The notes below the pieces were generated by a model. That model was not told the origin of the DNA. It made no database searches and worked only from the letters and a program-made list of their open reading frames with translations. A program made the position numbers and the translations under genes. Shown piece after piece: positions 58,101-64,000 of a DNA stretch of 64,000 nt (positions are counted from its first letter, which is position 1; each line of letters starts with the position of its first letter). This DNA is from the human T2T-CHM13v2.0 reference genome, Homo sapiens. The stretch is from NCBI RefSeq assembly GCF_009914755.1, contig NC_060945.1; one strand, given 5' to 3'.

Positions 58101-60659
58101 AATGTCAAAATTGGCAGGGAATGTAAAATGAACAGGAAAACTCTTAAAGTACCTAAAATAGTAAATAAATGGTGATAATAAATATGAATCCCGTGTTTAA
58201 ACTTTTCATGTTATTTTTTGTTTTGAGATTATTAAGAGAATAAATTCAAAATGAAATTACAAGTAATTTTACTTTGAGGTAAAAAATTTACTAATATGGT
58301 AATTTTATTGGAATATAGAATACTTGTAGGTCACTGGCATATTCGAAAATATACATTGTGAATTGTGCAGTAATCGAACCTAGTCCTTCTTTGAAACTGA
58401 GTGAATGTGCTATAGCTTTAGTAGGAAAACTGATGAGACCTGGTAAAAAGGCACAGCTTTTTATATCTGTTGTATTCTAACTCTTAGGAAATGTTTTTAA
58501 AGCATTCAGACAGAGGCAACAGAAAAATCTAGGTTTATTTATTCTGTTTGTTTTTCATGTAAGAATATTTGATCTTCTTACCCGCTTAATTTCACCTGGT
58601 TTGTTCAATTACTAGTATATAAACTTGTACCGAACTTTCAGAAATGTAATTTATACAACATTCTTGTGAAAATGTTTACTCTTTATCTTAAAAAATTAAA
58701 AATCGAAAGTTTGACTGCATTTGTGTCCAAATTTCTTGAGATTCAAAACATTTTTATTAGTGTTCTAATATGCATACACAGGTAAGTTCTAAATTAAGGC
58801 AGTTTAGGGTCTTTTTCCTCATATAAACATTCTATAAAATAAAATGATGGTAAACTATTATTTCACTTTTTATGAACAAAATGAAAGAGAAAATTTCAGA
58901 TCTCTCTACACTGCATTCTGGACTTCAATGTGCACAGAAAGACATCAAGAGTTAACTTAAGAGGAAGAATAAAATAAATATCTAACGCCCTTTAAAGTGT
59001 CATATTTTTACGGCAAGTATCTGGATTTGTTTTTATAAAGTCTTTTAAAATTACTTTTGTGCAAGCTACCATAAAATATAATATTGATATTTTGGAAAAT
59101 ATCGGGGTTTAATTCTAAACTTTATTAAGTTAATATTTATCTGAATAAATTTGGAAAGTAATCTAACTTCCTTCAGCCACAATTAGTTTTCTCAGCTCCT
59201 ATAGATCACAAAGTTATGTGAAAAGCAAATGAAAAAGTACTTTGTAAACCTTAATATTTTTATATTCCTGTAATATATGATGTGGAAATGAGACAAAACA
59301 ATGTTATCATTTAGAAGTCCCAGAGGAAACTTTTAGTGAGTCCATTAAATTTATGTTAAATCTATTTTGAAGCTAAATATTATTTATTTTTTTGAACTAC
59401 ATATCTTAAAATTAGAAGTTTCCCAAGAGAGGTTATAGATGAAATTATGGATTTAACACTAGTTAGTTAAGAATGTAATCTTGTTTTAATACTGCAGGCT
59501 TTCAGCCAGGATTATACCTCATACATTGCTTGAATATTTTCCTCAAATAATTGAATACTTTGGAATGGAATTTTACATTCACTCTATATGCCAGCCCTCA
59601 AGCCTCAACTAAGCTCAACTTGAAAAACAATGCTGTACACATCACCCAAGCAAAAACTTTCTCACATTAATTAAGAGATTCTGATTGGATCCCAGCAATC
59701 AACTCATATGGCGCCATATCATCCACATTATTTGTAGAGTAGGCCATGATATTTATTACTGTTGGCCTGGCAGCTGTGTCTTTGAAATTTTGAGGTGGTT
59801 ACAAATGGAAATGGGCCACATACCCCAAACTTACTTTCTTTCATTACTTCATTTTTTCTGGCACTTGTAGTTGCATTTATGGAATTTATATATTTCATAA
59901 TACTGTATCCTTAAGCAAGGATTAGCAGCAGCATCAACAATAAATATGACTGAAAAGAAACCCAGGATTTTCTCCAGAACAATAGAATGTTCATTGGTAG
60001 TGGTTATATCCAATTCAAATGATAGATTTGTTAGCCTCTTCTTTTGCTTAGATTTGTTTGGCTCAAAAATAGATTCAAAGATAACCAAATTAGGTAGATC
60101 AGTATGTTCAGGAATAGTGATTGCCTAAATAACAACTAAAAGTTGTATACTAATTTTGATTATTTCATATCAATATTAATTACTTTAAGATTCATAAGAA
60201 AAGAAAATATAAATATACATGTTAATGATCAGTCTTTTTGTCATTTGATAAAGGAATTAATTTTATTTTGATGTGGCTAAGGATAATGTCAGCCAAAACT
60301 AAATCTATAGATTTTATCACATTGAAAAAAATTTAGATGTAAATATGAAAAGAAAATAATATGAAGATAGAAGTATTGCCCTTCAGAGCTTGAAGGAAAG
60401 ACTTCCTACCATGAAGTCTGTTTATACTAAAATAACTTCTGCCTTTTTATCTGTTTCTCTATGTATTTATTAGAATCTCACCCACATAAAACATGTCTAC
60501 TGAAAGAGATTGTTTGCAAATTAGTGCCCAAAATGTACTTCCTTGTACATATGCTTTTGGATAATCGCCCAATCCTGCACTGACTTTTTCATTGCCATGT
60601 GACATTCTCTTTTTAATGGGACAATAATAAATGAAAAGTGCTTGCATGCAGGGCCTAAC

Positions 60660-60925
60660 TTCTTTTGCTACTGAGAACGTGTCCCAAACCATGTGAACAA
60701 GCCCAGGCAAGACTCTTGGAGGGTGAGAGGACACTCAGAGAGGGGGCCCACCTGTCCCCCCATTTCCTCTTAGCCATTCCACCAGTTGGATATAAAGATT
60801 AGTTACATGAGCGCAGACTGGGACCATTACCCAGCTGAACTACATAATCAAAGACAAATATGTGATGATTGTTTTTGCCACTAAGCATTGGAGTTTTTTT
60901 TAATATGACAAAATGCATTTATCAT
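60660..60925 (+). mobile_element. Old MLT1 LTR 3' portion
   Basis: 'accatgtgaacaagcccaggc...cccagctga...gattgtttttgccactaagcattggag'. Confidence 0.55.
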
Positions 60926-61366
60926 CATTATATTTTCAATAAAACAGAAAATACAAAAGAAAGCAATTTGTGGTGAGCTTATTAATCTGATCTTTATTCT
61001 TACCTTAATATGTATTTCCAAGAACTGAGTTTTGACAAATTCTCACATTTGCACATTTATACACTAATGGAACATGCAGTCTTACATACAACTTTTTTAT
61101 AGAATGACTTGAACACTACAACTAGCTAAATTAAATTTTTAAAAATGGTTCATGTATAATTCTGAATTAAAATTTTAAAATTAATTTTTAAAAGCCATCT
61201 TAATACATTTTATGTACTGAAATTATGTTTATGTTACTATGAAATGGAATCTTTGTTTAGAGCTTTTATCTTTGGATAATCTGTTGTTTGTATCACTCTA
61301 CCCAAGACAGAATTTGCATGTGATTTTGAATGCCCTATAGGGATGCAAGATTTTTCTAGACTTCTT

Positions 61367-62193
61367 TGTCAGACTTGCAATGGGGGTGCCTCATTTACTT
61401 GGCCCACCGTGCTCAACCACTTGCGGGAGGGAGCACATGAGTGAGCCACTATGGGATCCAGGGGACTGCTTTGGGCATTGGCAGAAGCAAGCTCCATGTG
61501 AGCCCTGAGGCAACAGCCAGGTGGGGGTGCCTGTGACACCTGAAGCCCCAGACATGTTACAATGCTCTCTTAGCTCCACTGTCCATGGACAGTGGTGTGT
61601 TATCAGCTCGGTGGGCCCCTTGCCTCATCACATGGGGAGGCTGCCCTCCACCAGCGAGGGAAAAGGGCCAGTGTGAAAACCTTTGGGGGGTACCTGCCTT
61701 GGGTGGGTCCCAAGCTCTTGTCCAGAGTCCAAGAAGAATGAGGTCACACAGACACTTGAAGGATAGTGGAAGTGGAGAATTTTATTTAGCAATGGAAATG
61801 TCTCTCAGCAGAGATGGGAGCTGGACAGGGGATGGGATGAGCAGGTAATCTTTCCCTGAAGTCAAGCTGTCTCTCTTCCAAAATCCAGCCATCCTTCTAA
61901 AGTCAAGTTGCCTCTCTACAGTCAAGCCACTTTTCTCTCTTCTACTGACTGAGTCTGGGGTCTTTATAGGCACAGGATGTGGGGCAGGGTGAGCCATAGG
62001 TAGTTTTGGAAAAGGCAATATTCTATTGGTAAAAGTACATTATTCAGAAAGAAGCAATCAGGAGAGAGTGGGAAAACAGGGATAGAAGTTCTAACTTTGG
62101 GCAGCAGGTTTCAGGCTTTTCAGCTCAAAGGTGGGGTTTCACTGGGGACCCTCCCCTGTCTGCCAAGAATTTCCATGCCTCCTGCCTCTATCA
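61367..62193 (-). mobile_element. ERV1-class LTR (LTR1/LTR27/LTR28/MER52 group)
   Basis: Minus strand begins 'tgatagaggcaggaggc...ggcagacaggggagggtccccagtgaaacccc'; CCAAT (62025-62029), TATAAA (61963-61968), AATAAA (61781-61786); GC-rich; left boundary approximate. Confidence 0.82.
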
Positions 62194-64000
62194 ACCGGAA
62201 AACATATTCATGAAGTGCAAGAGCTGTTGCCAAGTCTCATGAATATTCTCAAATATATTCTCCTGAAGGAAAAAAATGACGCAAGGGGAAACAATATGAA
62301 ACAGACTTTATAGAAATTAATATACACTCCAAGCCAACAGAAGGATTACAGATCATGCCTTCAGCCACAGAAAGTACAAGAAGAAGCATCTGAGGGAACA
62401 GTGGGCAGAGTAAATGCTGTGGAGTTACAAAAGAAATGTCTATAAGTCAACCCTGCAGGTAATAAAATAGGTTCTGCATAGTGGTATTTGTTTGTCCTTA
62501 AGCTCCACTCACCTATGTGTTTAAAATTTGTATATCTGTTTTATATCAATTTATTTTATTCAAGTCCGTATCAACATGGATTCTAAAAACTGGCTTCACA
62601 GCTATTTCTGCTAACTTCCTGAAAAGCCTGATTTTTGTCTAGAAAACAAATAGAATAAACTCACATTTCTCTCCTCTGGTCTTCTCGTATCAATGGCATA
62701 GCACTATGTTCAATGTTGTCATAGGGACCACCTCTTACACTCTCACAGTGACCTCTGTTGCAAAAGGGAACCAATATTGTCCTGAATCCCTAAAAACACA
62801 CCAGGGACAGGGCTGTGCTTTCTAAGAAGATTTGACAAAACCAAGAAAAAAAAAGAAATTAAAAGAAAAAGTAGCTTATCACTATTATTATGTACTCTTA
62901 AAATCCAGAGTTCTAGGGTGTACCTCATCATCCCTGATTAGAACCTGGTAGTTTTCTATGTAGTAGTGGCCAACTCAGCCTGACCAACAGGAATGCATTC
63001 CTGAAACTCCCTGCTCTTCTTTAATGATAAAAGATTTTATTACTTGTCCAAGTTCAAGTCCCATCCCATTTTCTTCTCAAGATATAAATAATTCATGATT
63101 AATAATAAAACAATTTCCTTGGAGAATCTCTCCCAACAGAAAATTGGCTGTATCCAAGGCACAGTAAACAAACATAGTAGTTGAAAGTACATTATGCCAA
63201 GTTTGTGTTTATTATCTTAATGACACTATAGGTACCTCACCCTCAGTTGGCCTAGATTTTTGATAACCAGAATGGGGCATCTCCTTTACATGATATTTCT
63301 CCTAAAGTTAAATAAAAGTAAAATTAGACATAAAAGTCCTTGTTGCTAAGATCTGGTTTTCTTCTACTGTCTACTTTGAGTAAATGCAGAGACTAAGACA
63401 AACAAACAAATAGGACTAAAAATATATTGCTAAAAATCTATTTTTGATCTTTATAGTACTTTAAATCTCCATTTGGGAACTCTTTTTTTCAAACAATTTT
63501 TTAAAAACAATTATATTATTTTTAAAAAATGGTTTAAAGTTGATGAAGTTATGGTTTATGCTCAATAATAGTTTATAATCAAGTTATTTCACTCAACTTT
63601 TATTGGTGAACAGAATACTTAACATTGTCTTATAAAGCCTCTATGTGGGTTCCTATTTTAGTATGTTCTACCTTATATGTGGATGATATTAAGCAACTCT
63701 TCTCTCAAAATAAAGGTATACACTCCTCTAAAGACAAACGTTGATACCCTGAAAGCAGAAACAAATTTACCTCTGTCCTAATGGTGGTTTTCTGGCCACA
63801 AATCCTACTACAAGTTACCCATAGTAACTTCAAGCAATTCATAGCAATATCCGAGTTGCCAATAGATTATCAGAAGGCACAGTACTGTGAGTCATTCTTC
63901 TGGAATGCTAAGACAGAAATGTGAAAAATAAATTTACTAAAAATGAGCTGAGATATTGAAACCCTTCAGGAGAAACAGACAATGGACCTGAGATATCAGG

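Overview
AT-rich, CpG-depleted primate (human-like) non-coding DNA, either intergenic or deep intronic. I find no host protein-coding exon, rRNA, tRNA or CRISPR array. All long ORFs derive from L1, Alu or tandem repeats. Much of the window is interspersed repeat: 10 Alu-family SINEs, L1s from old L1M to young L1PA, L2, MIR, MaLR/ERVL/ERV1-class LTRs and hAT MITEs. Subfamily names come from my recollection of consensus sequences and are not database-verified; boundaries of old elements are approximate. The most unusual structures are: (1) a ~1.9 kb minisatellite (7405-9317) whose 33/29-bp units are each an imperfect hairpin, with a 281-bp higher-order duplication, capped by a perfect spacer-less 104-bp palindrome (9318-9421); (2) a complex templated rearrangement at a (TA)n tract (37787-38072) that copies local sequence in both orientations plus two donor segments 1.3-1.7 kb downstream; (3) a 2.46-kb internal L1PA ORF2 segment with no 5' end, 3' end or poly-A, patched into an older L1M; (4) an internal L1 fragment joined to a 5'-truncated AluY. 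I see no evidence for a new gene-encoded system. The interesting signal is in DNA structure, repair scars and repeat evolution.
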